Positions 19,882 through 29,710 of a stretch of 64,000 nt of DNA are shown one piece after another (the first letter of the stretch is position 1; the number at the start of each line of letters is the position of its first letter). The translations under genes were made by a program, and so were the position numbers. Below the pieces are notes generated by a model that saw only the letters and a program-made list of their open reading frames with translations, had not been told where the DNA came from and ran no database searches. The stretch comes from Clostridiales bacterium. Lineage in GTDB: Bacteria > Bacillota > Clostridia > Peptostreptococcales > Acidaminobacteraceae. The stretch covers positions 87,351 through 151,350 of the forward strand of contig JAEIOD010000010.1 in assembly GCA_016342415.1 (NCBI GenBank), given 5' to 3'.

Positions 19882-21384
19882 TTACATACTATTTGGTGGT
19901 TTCTTTATGGTAATATTAAATTTCAAACCACCCGATTCTGACGTTTCACAACTGATGGTACCATTTAAAGCTTGCACCACAAGGTTACTAACAATATACA
20001 ATCCTAAGCCAATATTGCCTTTGCTCTTCTTCGTCGTATAAAAAGGATCAAAAACATGCTCCAGATTTTCATTCGAGAATCCTACCCCATTATCCTCATA
20101 GAGTATGTTGATATGATGTTTCTGGTTTAACACTTTTATCTTAATAAGGTTGTTTTTATAATCAAGAAAAGCATGTGTTAAACTGTTCTGAATAAGATTT
20201 GAAAAAATCAATTCAAAAGCAATGGGATAACCACTGACGATAAGATCATCATCACATTCAAATTGAACGATACAATTGAACTTATTTAAATCCTCAGCCA
20301 AATTGTAAGTAATCAGATTGACTCTGTCTTTGAGTGAAAAATCAACTTCACCACCAAAAGAGTAACTGGAGTCAATCATTTTAAACGTCTGAACTATTTG
20401 AGAAATTTTCTCAAGATTAACCGATAGTATCTTGTTGGATTTTACAACATTCTCAGTATATTGCTCAAATTGTCGTTTTGAAAGTTTATTGGACTCATAA
20501 TTTAATATAAACTCCTGAGTTTGACTCTCTAAAAAGGAGTTGGAAGTAATGGCAGTCCCCAACGGTGTATTCAGTTCATGAGCAATGCCTGATACTAGTT
20601 TCCCAATCATAATGAATTTTTCTGACGAAATTAACTTTTCTTGTGTTTCTTTCAAGTCTTTTATTGAACGTTCAAGAGATCCAGTACGTTCTTCCACTTT
20701 TTTCTCTAAGCACCGATTAAGCTGTCGCAACTTATTTTCTGATTTTTTTACCATAACAACAAGCACCTGTAAACTCCAACCGATTAAAAAACATGATGCC
20801 AATATTATATAAACAGTATTGAATATGTCATTAAAAAATATGCCCTTAATAATATCTTTATCAATAATTGTAATCACTATTCTAATCACATTTATGCTAC
20901 CGAACAAAGCAAAAATGCTTAAAAGAATTTTATAACTATAATTAAAGTCACGAATGTTCACCCGCCAAACAACAACACCAATACAAAAAAAACATGTAAC
21001 AGCCAATGAGATGCTAAAAATTATTTTTCTTGAGTATAAACTTGGAATCATATAGATAAAAACTATATAAAGTATGACGATTAAAACCATAAATAATATA
21101 GTCGTTTTGATAGAGATCATTAGTTTTTCTGTATGAAGCATGACGACTGAATTAACAATAAGAATCAGCCCAAGTAAAAGAACTGAGTTAGGAACAACAT
21201 AAGCAATAAAATCTGGCAAATACTGCTGTAAAACAAATAAAACCAAACCGAGTGAAAACAGCATATTACCTAAACCAAAGTAATTTGCTTCTCTTGTTTT
21301 TAAACTTAAACTCAATAGAATTGTCAGAATTGCTACAATAACAGAAACCATCATTGAAGTAGCTATCATTGAATAGACATCCAT
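19882..21384 (-). CDS. sensor histidine kinase (multi-TM N-terminus, HisKA + HATPase_c), no cognate response regulator adjacent
   Basis: About 6 N-terminal TM helices, coiled coil, H-box IAHELNTPLG, ATP-lid DNGVGF...GLGLYIV. Confidence 0.8.
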   Translation of the reverse strand: MDVYSMIATSMMVSVIVAILTILLSLSLKTREANYFGLGNMLFSLGLVLFVLQQYLPDFIAYVVPNSVLLLGLILIVNSVVMLHTEKLMISIKTTILFMVLIVILYIVFIYMIPSLYSRKIIFSISLAVTCFFCIGVVVWRVNIRDFNYSYKILLSIFALFGSINVIRIVITIIDKDIIKGIFFNDIFNTVYIILASCFLIGWSLQVLVVMVKKSENKLRQLNRCLEKKVEERTGSLERSIKDLKETQEKLISSEKFIMIGKLVSGIAHELNTPLGTAITSNSFLESQTQEFILNYESNKLSKRQFEQYTENVVKSNKILSVNLEKISQIVQTFKMIDSSYSFGGEVDFSLKDRVNLITYNLAEDLNKFNCIVQFECDDDLIVSGYPIAFELIFSNLIQNSLTHAFLDYKNNLIKIKVLNQKHHINILYEDNGVGFSNENLEHVFDPFYTTKKSKGNIGLGLYIVSNLVVQALNGTISCETSESGGLKFNITIKKPPNSM

Positions 21385-21615
21385 AACATACCTTCTTTCA
21401 TACCAATATTATTAGAATACCCGTATGAAGGTGATTCAAACTTAATGGAAATACTTATGTTAGCGAATCTACTATTTCCTCATTTAAATAAAAATATAAA
21501 AAATGACAGAATGCTTTTAGGCTGAGCAGTTCTGTCTTTTTTCTATATCTATTATTATATTTTAAAGGTTTTATAGCTCTGAACCCTCTACTTACTGATA
21601 AGCCATTCACAAATA

Positions 21616-23010
21616 CTAATTTTCATCCTTCATTTCATACATCTTTTCATCTGCTTCTTTGATTAGTTCACTAAACGAATTCCCTATACATCTGTCACAA
21701 ACAATTCCTACACTGATTGAAACAAAAAGATCATGTTCTGGAATTTTAAACTCTGAATTGTATGTATCCAACAATCGAGCTTTTAATTTTTCCAACTCCT
21801 TTTGGTCATTTGCTTTTGGGATTACAATCAAAAATTCATCTCCACCAATTCTAAAGACAGATTCATTGCTCCTTGAGCATTTATCAATAATACGCGCTAC
21901 TTCTATAAGTACTAAATCACCAACATGATGGCCATAAGTATCATTGACACTTTTAAATTTATCAATATCAATAATCATCATTCCAACCATGCTAGCTTCA
22001 CGATCAGCAGTTGAGCAAACAACATCCTCATAAGTCTCTAAAAACTGACGATTCAAAAGACCTGTCAAAGAATCATGATTAGACCTATACTTGATATTCA
22101 AATACTTCAAAAAGAAATATACAAGCAAAGTAATCATAATTGCAGAAAGAAAACTGATAATCACACCGATACTCCATTGTTTTAGCGAACTAATCCAACC
22201 ACCTTCTTTTATTACCAATACATCCCAAATAATGGGTTCATCGATAAAACTAAAACTAACTGGATTTTGATCCCTAATCTTAGTATCACCATATATGATA
22301 TTTCCATCATCATCTTTTTCAAATATCATTACTTCTATATTTGCATCATCAGCCTTCGAGGATATGACTCCATAAATCTCATCAGCTTTCAGAACAATAC
22401 TTACTTGTCCCCAATACAAACCATTTGAACTTAACAAGGGTTGCCTTATTATAAATCCTTGTCCACCTTGAACCAGATTAATAGGACCTTGAAATCCCGA
22501 TTTTAACTCCGTCTTGGTTCTAAGCACAACTTCCCTTTATGTCTCAATCTGAGCTAAATCGATACCAAGAGATTCCTCATTCCCTTCAAGTGGATAATTA
22601 CACACTATTGATGTATCTTCAATTATCGCTATATTTCTGATGTACTTCATATTGTCTCTAGTTAAACTTCCGAGATATTCCAAAGTATCCATTTGATTGC
22701 TAAAGCCGTTAATCATCAAATATGCCTGATATCCTTCCAACAATGTCATTTGATTCTGTATCAAAGAATGTATATCGTTCTGAAATCGGAAATATCGTTC
22801 TGTGGTCTCATAACGTTCTTGTCTTTGAATATCTCTAATAACAATTGATGTAACCAACATGAAAATCAAAAAAATTATAAAACCAATAAATCCAGAATAT
22901 AAAAGCGCTTTTTTTCTACGAAACTTCTTAAATGAATACTTCATTAAATCCCCCCTATACTTATTATAGCCAGAGAGATACAACTCAACCAAATAAAAAT
23001 CATGCAACAC
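21616..23010 (-). pseudogene. sensor diguanylate cyclase (TM-dCache-TM-GGDEF) interrupted by a single in-frame TAA
   Basis: Track ORFs 22537..23010 and 21616..22527 are in the same frame, separated only by TAA (...GIDLAQIET * REV VLRTKTELK...). The downstream part carries a second TM and a GGDEF domain (RIGGDEF). Confidence 0.7.
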
Positions 23011-23087
23011 TAAATTTTAAACTTATGTACTTAAATTATTCTAATCTTCACATTTTCAGTTTTATTAGCATTAGTTTATTGAGCAAA

Positions 23088-24176
23088 TTATTCTACTTTT
23101 ACGCCATCTTTATAGTACTCTTCAACGATTATTCGACCGCCTGAAGAGTAAATGATGTATTTACCATCTAGTTTACCGTCTTTATAATTATCTTCCCTTA
23201 GTATTTGACCATTTTCATAGTAACCGATGGATTGACCATCTTCTAAACCAGCTTTATAGGCCCATTCATACTTTATTTGACCGCTTTCGTAATAAGTGAT
23301 GTACTTACCATCTTCTATTCCATCTTTATAGTTCTCTACCATTTCTATTTGACCATTTTCATAATAGCCGATGGATTTACCATCCAATTCACTAGCTTTA
23401 TAGTTCTCTTCCCTTTTTATATGACCGTTTTCATAATAGACAATGGATTTACCGTTCAATTCGCTTGCTTTATAGTTCTCTTCCCTCTTTATTTTACCGT
23501 TTTTATAATAGATGATGGATTTACCATCCAATTCTCCAACGATATAGTTCCTTTCCACTTCTATTTCACCGTTTTCATAATAGATGATATCCTTACCCTG
23601 CAATCGACCAGCTATATAGTTCTTTTCCCTCTCTATTTGACCATTTTCATAATAACTCATCACTGTCCCATCAAATGGTTTTAATTGATTAATTTCATAA
23701 AACAGCCCATCATCTCTTTGTTGTAATTTAGTGGAATCTATTATTTTAGATGTTTCCATTAGTTCTGATGTTTCTATGTTTTCTACTTTGCTATATTCTA
23801 GAACATTTCCATTTTCATCTATTAGTTTTAGAATATTATTTTTTACCAAATACTCAAAAATTAAATTATCATTACCACTTAAAGCAGTTGCTGTAATTTC
23901 ACCACCAAAATGCGAAAATAAATATAGCACTTTATCATTATTGGATTCATCAATGATTGTTGCATAATTTTTGTATATAATTAAATATTGTTCATTTCCA
24001 TACCATATACCAGTTGTTTCATAGTTATTCTTACTGAACTCAATATCTACAAATATCTCTTTAATATATTTTTCAGCATTGAGTTGACTTTCATCAACTT
24101 CTTCTTTATCAGAACTACAACTTGCCAAACCTATTAAAAATATCATTCCTATCATTACTATTATGATTTTTTTCAT
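23088..24176 (-). CDS. lipoprotein with 8 tandem MORN-variant (YwqK-like, MORN_2) repeats
   Basis: Signal/lipobox MKKIIIVMIGMIFLIGLASCSS. Repeats of YYENGQI(K/E)RE.NYK.G.L.GKSI with 69-nt periodicity at DNA level (23100-23650). Confidence 0.75.
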   Translation of the reverse strand: MKKIIIVMIGMIFLIGLASCSSDKEEVDESQLNAEKYIKEIFVDIEFSKNNYETTGIWYGNEQYLIIYKNYATIIDESNNDKVLYLFSHFGGEITATALSGNDNLIFEYLVKNNILKLIDENGNVLEYSKVENIETSELMETSKIIDSTKLQQRDDGLFYEINQLKPFDGTVMSYYENGQIEREKNYIAGRLQGKDIIYYENGEIEVERNYIVGELDGKSIIYYKNGKIKREENYKASELNGKSIVYYENGHIKREENYKASELDGKSIGYYENGQIEMVENYKDGIEDGKYITYYESGQIKYEWAYKAGLEDGQSIGYYENGQILREDNYKDGKLDGKYIIYSSGGRIIVEEYYKDGVKVE

Positions 24177-24289
24177 CTAATATCCCCTTAATGTTGGTAT
24201 ATTATATATCCATTAAAACAATAACCCAATCATATACCAATATTATAAGGTTATATCAAATAAATATCATTAAATAGTAAAGAAAACTA

Positions 24290-24470
24290 CTAATGTAGAT
24301 TAATCATCATCTCTGGTCTGGTAAGTCAGAGGAGTCGCCTCCTCGTCCTCCCATAAGAATCCGCGTGACACTTTCACGTCACTAGGCTCCAGTCACTTTC
24401 AACTAATGCCTCTCAGGCATTAGCAAGTCGTCGATTCCGGTAATACTCTTGGTGTTCTGGAAGTATGGAT
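24290..24470 (-). ncRNA. GC-rich hairpin-dense intergenic element, candidate structured RNA (class unassigned; group II intron domain V/VI-like motif on minus strand)
   Basis: About 50% GC against a ~30% background. Stable hairpins GAGGAG-TCGC-CTCCTC (24329-24344), GTGAC..GTCAC (24365-24381), AATGCC-TCTCA-GGCATT (24405-24421). On the minus strand 24390..24357 reads GGAGCCTAGTGACGTGAAAGTGTCACGCGGATTC, resembling domain V (GAGCC-stem-GAAA-stem-GGTTC) of group II introns. Confidence 0.3.
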
Positions 24471-24816
24471 TCGTATACAGTCTAATTAAAGTGACTAGAA
24501 AATCATATTCTAATCACAAATCTCTCAAACATGTCTCCACCTGTGAATGCTGCAACATGCTCAACTATATTGTTTTCCTTAGATTTAGTTTCACAACCAT
24601 TTCCATATGTTTGGATACACCCAAACTACACCCTAAATTTCATTATCTAATGGGGCTATTAAAACTTCTATCTTTCTGCCATTGTTTCTGCAATTGTAAC
24701 ATTTACATTCAATAATTACGTAACTTCACCAATTGGCTTCTCACATCAGTGTTACGAGATTTTGACTGGCATTATATTCAGCTTAATTGGTTAAGGGTTT
24801 TAAAAACAGGTTTAAT

Positions 24817-25150
24817 TCAACTCAATTTTTCCACTCTATTTCGACCATTTTCCTTCGCTTGATATAAAGCATCATCAACATCTTTAATCAATTGTTTCAA
24901 TGTATAATTTTTATTGTAGGTCGCAACACCAAAGCTCGCTGTTTTATGTCCAACATGTTCAAAGTGATAATTGTTTATGATGTCTTTTAATTCTTCTGCT
25001 TTCATGTATGTATCATCAATATTGGTTTCAGGCATAAGAATTATAAATTCCTCACCACCCCATCTACCGACAATATTCCGTTTGTAGAAATTGTCCCTTA
25101 GTATGTGATAAATTCAACTAACACATCTCCGCTTGATGACCATACGTAAT
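24817..25150 (-). pseudogene. C-terminal remnant of a GGDEF-domain gene
   Basis: Reads ...LRDNFYKRNIVGRWGGEEFIILMPETNIDDTYMKAEEL...YQAKENGRNRVEKLS* with an in-frame stop just upstream. No N-terminal part. Track shows only 24817..25035. Confidence 0.6.
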
Positions 25151-25198
25151 ATTAACATCCTTAATATAATTGATATCTACCTGTTTTATAAATCTTTG

Positions 25199-27763
25199 TT
25201 AAATTTCTTCAAGCAATCTGACAGTACCTCTATTTCCATCTACTTCAATGAGATCTCCATCTTTAATTAAATCCATAATCCCGACTAATCCACTAACGCA
25301 CGGTATCCCATACTCTCTTGCAATAATACTACCATGTTGTAATGGTCCACCTATTTCCATAACAACACCAGAAGCATTAGTAAAGATTGGTGTCCAAGAA
25401 GGTTCCGTTGCTCGTACAATCAGTATTTCACCTGGTATAATTGATTTTTCATATGGCGTGTGAAGTACTTTTGCCTTTCCGACTACTTTACCTGGCGCTA
25501 TTGAGTCACCAATAATATCACCGTTTTCAATCTTAATTTTTGCTTTATGGATTTTCCCACGGCTGTCAATTACAAGAGGCCATTGTGTTACTGATTCAAC
25601 AGTCTTATAACCTCTTAGATTCTTTTCTCTTGTAAACATCAAGTCGAATTTTTCATCTTTCTGAGCTTTTGTGATTTCCTCTATTGTTAAGTCAAATATA
25701 TGACAGGCCTCTTCAAGTCTGCCTTCTGTCACCCATTTTCCAGCAATCTCAAGACAGATTTTATGGAGAATTGAAAATGCATTAACAAGCATATATTTAG
25801 GATACTCTCTGTAACCAAAAGTTGCTTTTAATCTTTCAGCAGCTTTAATGAACTTCTTATCCTGACCTTTGTCTTTAGCGACTTGCAGAAGTTTATTATA
25901 TGCCTCTTCTCTCTTGGATTTAACAATTAGATTTTGATTCTCAGATGGATTGATTTGTATTAATCGGTCATATAGCATACCGACATCTTCATATATTCTT
26001 TTAGTAGCAACATCAATCTCTTTAAAACCACGCGACGAGTATAGTCTCATAAACTTACCATAATGAGTCATAAAACCGACAGGAAAATTATCTGTTTTAA
26101 TTTTTAATATAAAATGAGCTCTGGATTTTATTTCCCTAAACTCAGAAGAACATGCCATTAAAAATAGAAGATTGCCCATTTCACTTGTAGGATTTCCATC
26201 TAGATCCATATTCAAAGCAATGAGTTCAGTATCCAGATCATCATTCTTAAAGATTTTTTTTAACTTCTGCTGTGACAACATACCCGCAAATATCGGTGAT
26301 ACATTATCCATCAAAGTATCAAAAGCTGTCATGGTTTCATTTACCAATTCATCTATAGTTTTTTTACAGTCAAGATTCTCTATGACAGCAGTAAAGATAT
26401 CCACGCTTTTCAAATAATCTTTGACGATCCTTTCTTGATCTGAATAAACAGCTTTAAAAAGATCTGGTAGCATCAAGAGTGCTTTTTTTAGAGATCTTCC
26501 AATATACCCTTTTGTGCCCTCTGGTTTGCCTTCAAAAGAATGTGATTCAAGATCAATGTTCTCAAATATCTTCTTAATGTTCCCATCATAAGTATCCAAG
26601 GCTTTTCTACCTGTTTTTTTCCCAAGCACTTTCTGATATGCAGTGACACTCAAGTATTCTCGACCATTAACGACTGGAGCGGTTCCATTTATCTGGGTAC
26701 TGAGTAAACCACTCTTAGTTGAATAGATGAGTTTTTTCCATATATCCATACCCATAATGCTCATAGATTCGTCAATACCTTGAGTCATCATCAATAGATC
26801 AATATAAAATCTTTTTGTTTCTCCTGGTTCAGTCAGAAGTTCTTCGAAAAAAGGTAGGTGAGTTGTGATTGGTCTTGCTTGAAGAAGATACAGTTGATCT
26901 GCTTCATATGCCCATTCAACATCAACAGGAAAATTATAATGTTGCTCACACCTTTTGATCAATGAAGATAGTTCTATTATTTGTATCTCCAATAGAGCTG
27001 GTTGCTCTTTATTTATATTTTCTTTTTCCACCATGCCACCATTAGGATTTAACTGAAGTTCAATCTCTTTAATGTTGACTTTTTTCTCAATTATTTTCTT
27101 GTCAACTATGTCATAGATGTACATATCCGGTGTTACAATCCCCGATACAATTGCTTCTCCTAATCCGAAACTGGCATTGATAACGACTTCATCATAAGCA
27201 TTATTCAGTGGATTTAATGAAAAACCAACACCACTGACCTCAGACGCAATTTGTCTTTGAATAATGACTGCAATCGAAGTGTTTTCTAACGGAATGTCCT
27301 TTTGCTTTTTATAAGACATTACCCTGTAGTCGAAACAGGAAGAAAATGCCAAAGCAACAGTTTCTTCTAAATCTTCTATCTTCTTGCCTAAATACGTTTC
27401 ATACATACCTGCAAACGATACACCTTTTAAATCCTCTTCTGGAGATGATGAACGTACTGCAAAAAACTTGTCTTCTAAAATCATGATTTGATTGTCGAAC
27501 ATTTCTTTTTGTTGTTTATCAAATTTCAGAATCATTGCCAACGACTTTACTTTATCGCAATTTTCCTTAGTTGTATCTTTTAGTGTATTTAAAAATTGTT
27601 CAGATTCTTTGATTTCTGACAACCAAGACTCAAAAAAATCGACACTTAGAACAATGCCTTCCGGTACAGGAAAACCAGCCTTTTTTGTTTCGATTAGTAC
27701 TTTTGCCTTTCCACCGACTTGCAATATAGAAGGCACCTTTTTTACATCAAAACTATGAATCAT
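25199..27763 (-). CDS. PEP-utilizing enzyme family phosphotransferase (rifampin-phosphotransferase/PEP-synthase-like), paralog 2
   Basis: Track ORF 25199..27802. Likely start is the internal MIHSFDVKK at 27763, which has a strong SD AAGGAGG and overlaps the TetR stop by 11 nt. C-terminal swivel domain GGPLQHGSIIAREYGIPCVSG. Confidence 0.75.
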   Translation of the reverse strand: MIHSFDVKKVPSILQVGGKAKVLIETKKAGFPVPEGIVLSVDFFESWLSEIKESEQFLNTLKDTTKENCDKVKSLAMILKFDKQQKEMFDNQIMILEDKFFAVRSSSPEEDLKGVSFAGMYETYLGKKIEDLEETVALAFSSCFDYRVMSYKKQKDIPLENTSIAVIIQRQIASEVSGVGFSLNPLNNAYDEVVINASFGLGEAIVSGIVTPDMYIYDIVDKKIIEKKVNIKEIELQLNPNGGMVEKENINKEQPALLEIQIIELSSLIKRCEQHYNFPVDVEWAYEADQLYLLQARPITTHLPFFEELLTEPGETKRFYIDLLMMTQGIDESMSIMGMDIWKKLIYSTKSGLLSTQINGTAPVVNGREYLSVTAYQKVLGKKTGRKALDTYDGNIKKIFENIDLESHSFEGKPEGTKGYIGRSLKKALLMLPDLFKAVYSDQERIVKDYLKSVDIFTAVIENLDCKKTIDELVNETMTAFDTLMDNVSPIFAGMLSQQKLKKIFKNDDLDTELIALNMDLDGNPTSEMGNLLFLMACSSEFREIKSRAHFILKIKTDNFPVGFMTHYGKFMRLYSSRGFKEIDVATKRIYEDVGMLYDRLIQINPSENQNLIVKSKREEAYNKLLQVAKDKGQDKKFIKAAERLKATFGYREYPKYMLVNAFSILHKICLEIAGKWVTEGRLEEACHIFDLTIEEITKAQKDEKFDLMFTREKNLRGYKTVESVTQWPLVIDSRGKIHKAKIKIENGDIIGDSIAPGKVVGKAKVLHTPYEKSIIPGEILIVRATEPSWTPIFTNASGVVMEIGGPLQHGSIIAREYGIPCVSGLVGIMDLIKDGDLIEVDGNRGTVRLLEEI

Positions 27764-28373
27764 CAGAGCCTCCTTTATAAAAGTTGTTTTTAAGTATTTC
27801 ATAGTAACTATTACATTCTTCTTTTAGATTTAAAATATCTGTTTCACTTACAGTTACTTCAGGTTTTTCCAATAAATTTTTATATAAACCTCTGAAGGTC
27901 CACTTAATAATATGCAGCATTTTTTTTATCTCTAATTCATCTTTAAACAATGAATAATCAACGTTATGACTAAAAAACCTTTCTCTCCAATCACGGAGTT
28001 CTGTCGGATTTGCATATTTAAAAATATGGTCTTTGTATTTTTCACCGAACTCAATCATATAAGGATATTCAGCTATAACATCCAATCTGTATTTTGTGAG
28101 TTCACAAACTCTTTTAATGATATCGCTATTGTCCCAATCGATATAGTCGTTCACTTCACTAACACCCTTTTGCAAGGAGTAAAAATTAAGGTAATCAAAC
28201 AAGGTTTCCTTGTCCTTAAAATAATGGTAAAGAATACCTCTAGAGATTTTGGCTTTTTGAACAATCAAATTCGTTGATGCTTTTTTATACTCATTTTTGG
28301 AAAATACTTCAAATGATGTTTTTATGATATTTTTCACCATTTCATTACTTGTATCAATATGATCAAAGTCCAT
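27753..28373 (-). CDS. TetR/AcrR-family transcriptional regulator, co-transcribed with paralog 2
   Basis: HTH STNLIVQKAKISRGILYHYFKDKETLF. Likely start MDFDHIDTS (28373) with SD AAGGGAG. Track ORF extends further upstream. Confidence 0.75.
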   Translation of the reverse strand: MDFDHIDTSNEMVKNIIKTSFEVFSKNEYKKASTNLIVQKAKISRGILYHYFKDKETLFDYLNFYSLQKGVSEVNDYIDWDNSDIIKRVCELTKYRLDVIAEYPYMIEFGEKYKDHIFKYANPTELRDWRERFFSHNVDYSLFKDELEIKKMLHIIKWTFRGLYKNLLEKPEVTVSETDILNLKEECNSYYEILKNNFYKGGSDDS

Positions 28374-28403
28374 TTCTTCACTCCCTTTACTCAATATAAG
28401 TAT

Positions 28404-28457
28404 CATCGACAACTTCTGTCTATAATAATCATACATCCATCGACAGAAGTTGTCAAT
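28404..28457 (-). promoter_or_regulatory. candidate TetR operator pair plus promoter: inverted 13-bp repeats GACAACTTCTGTC / GACAGAAGTTGTC flanking a TATAAT-like element
   Basis: Seen in sequence at 28408-28420 and 28442-28454. Each half-site has palindromic GACA/TGTC ends. Lies 30-80 nt upstream of the tetR start. Confidence 0.5.
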
Positions 28458-28507
28458 GTGGATTTTTGTTAAGAATAGCAATCAAAAAGCACTTCATAGT
28501 GAAATGC

Positions 28508-29710
28508 TTAAGAATTAATTGTTTTTTTGAGATACCTTAAGTTCTTTTGTATTAACTGTTTTTTTATCCATGAAACAGTTTTAAAATAAGATTGTAAATA
28601 AACAGCGAGAAATGCTAAAAGACCAATGACTCTTATCCTTGAAAGAAAATATATCATTTCATTTATCGAGGTAGCATATGGCGAATTACCAGAAGAAAAC
28701 TCTTTAATAAACCATCTGTAAAAATCTCCGATGGACTCTATACTATACGATCCATCATAATAAACATCAATATAAAACTCAAATGATATGACTTTATAAA
28801 TTAACAGACTTAAAACAATCAAACTCATTAACTTAAGAAAACTTGATCTGACATTATACTCATTAAGACAACGCCACTGATGAATGTAGTGCTTGGTGTT
28901 AAAAAGCTTAAAATTTTTAATGAACTGTTTGTATTCATTCACCATTAATTTAACAAGCTCTATTATTATGAACACGCCCATAATGAAAAAAACTATTTTG
29001 ATCGTCATGGAAAACTGAGTTTTATAGTTTAAGGCATCACTCACTTCAAGGTTATTTATCATCAAACCTTCATCAGCCATTATATTTTCTAAAGCTTTTC
29101 TTTCCAGATTGATATCACTTCTTACTTCCCCATGTACAATCTTGTGTTCACTAAATATGTTTACGAATATGTCATTTGAGATAACAGCTACTTTTTCTAC
29201 ATCGTAAAACGGATTTACAATGAGAAGATCCTCATCTTCTATTACTCCAATTATTGTAAATTTCTTTTTTGAAATTTCTATTTCTTTTCCAATCACATCT
29301 GTACTATTAAACAAATCCTTTGTAATACTTTTACCAATTACTATATATCGTTCATAATCTTCCATATCACTTTTTAAGAAATACGATCCAGTTATTAAAG
29401 GGTATTTATTGAATCTGAAAAAATTCTCATCCGATCCATACAGATTTGCTCTTGTTGATCCATACTGACTTGTGATTGAAATTTTTTCCCTACTGTAAAA
29501 ATTGGCATCCAACTCACTGAACGTCTTATCAATAGTTTTAAACGGTATGCCTTCTACAACGCTTGTATCCTTATCCAAGTCTATAGACCAATGAAATTCC
29601 GATTTACCTACAGAATACTTATTGATATAAAAAGAACATACAATAACAATTAGAATCAGTAGAAGAAGAATCACTGCCCGAATTAGACCAAATAAAATTT
29701 TTTTATTCAT
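28508..29710 (-). CDS. MacB/FtsX-like membrane permease-type protein (N-terminal TM, ~230-aa extracytoplasmic domain, C-terminal TM bundle)
   Basis: Topology inferred from hydrophobicity. Start overlaps the HlyD stop by 8 nt. Assignment to the FtsX family is tentative. Confidence 0.45.
   Translation of the reverse strand: MNKKILFGLIRAVILLLLILIVIVCSFYINKYSVGKSEFHWSIDLDKDTSVVEGIPFKTIDKTFSELDANFYSREKISITSQYGSTRANLYGSDENFFRFNKYPLITGSYFLKSDMEDYERYIVIGKSITKDLFNSTDVIGKEIEISKKKFTIIGVIEDEDLLIVNPFYDVEKVAVISNDIFVNIFSEHKIVHGEVRSDINLERKALENIMADEGLMINNLEVSDALNYKTQFSMTIKIVFFIMGVFIIIELVKLMVNEYKQFIKNFKLFNTKHYIHQWRCLNEYNVRSSFLKLMSLIVLSLLIYKVISFEFYIDVYYDGSYSIESIGDFYRWFIKEFSSGNSPYATSINEMIYFLSRIRVIGLLAFLAVYLQSYFKTVSWIKKQLIQKNLRYLKKTINS

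Noticed and set aside
22528-22530. Possibility that TAA is reassigned (alternative genetic code) rather than a nonsense mutation
   Set aside because: Only two in-frame TAA events in 64 kb (here and at ~60389). Dozens of long ORFs terminate cleanly at TAA, TAG and TGA. Standard code fits.
24449-24715. 88-aa plus-strand ORF
   Set aside because: Cys/His-rich low-complexity translation inside the decayed region. No SD. Likely noncoding.
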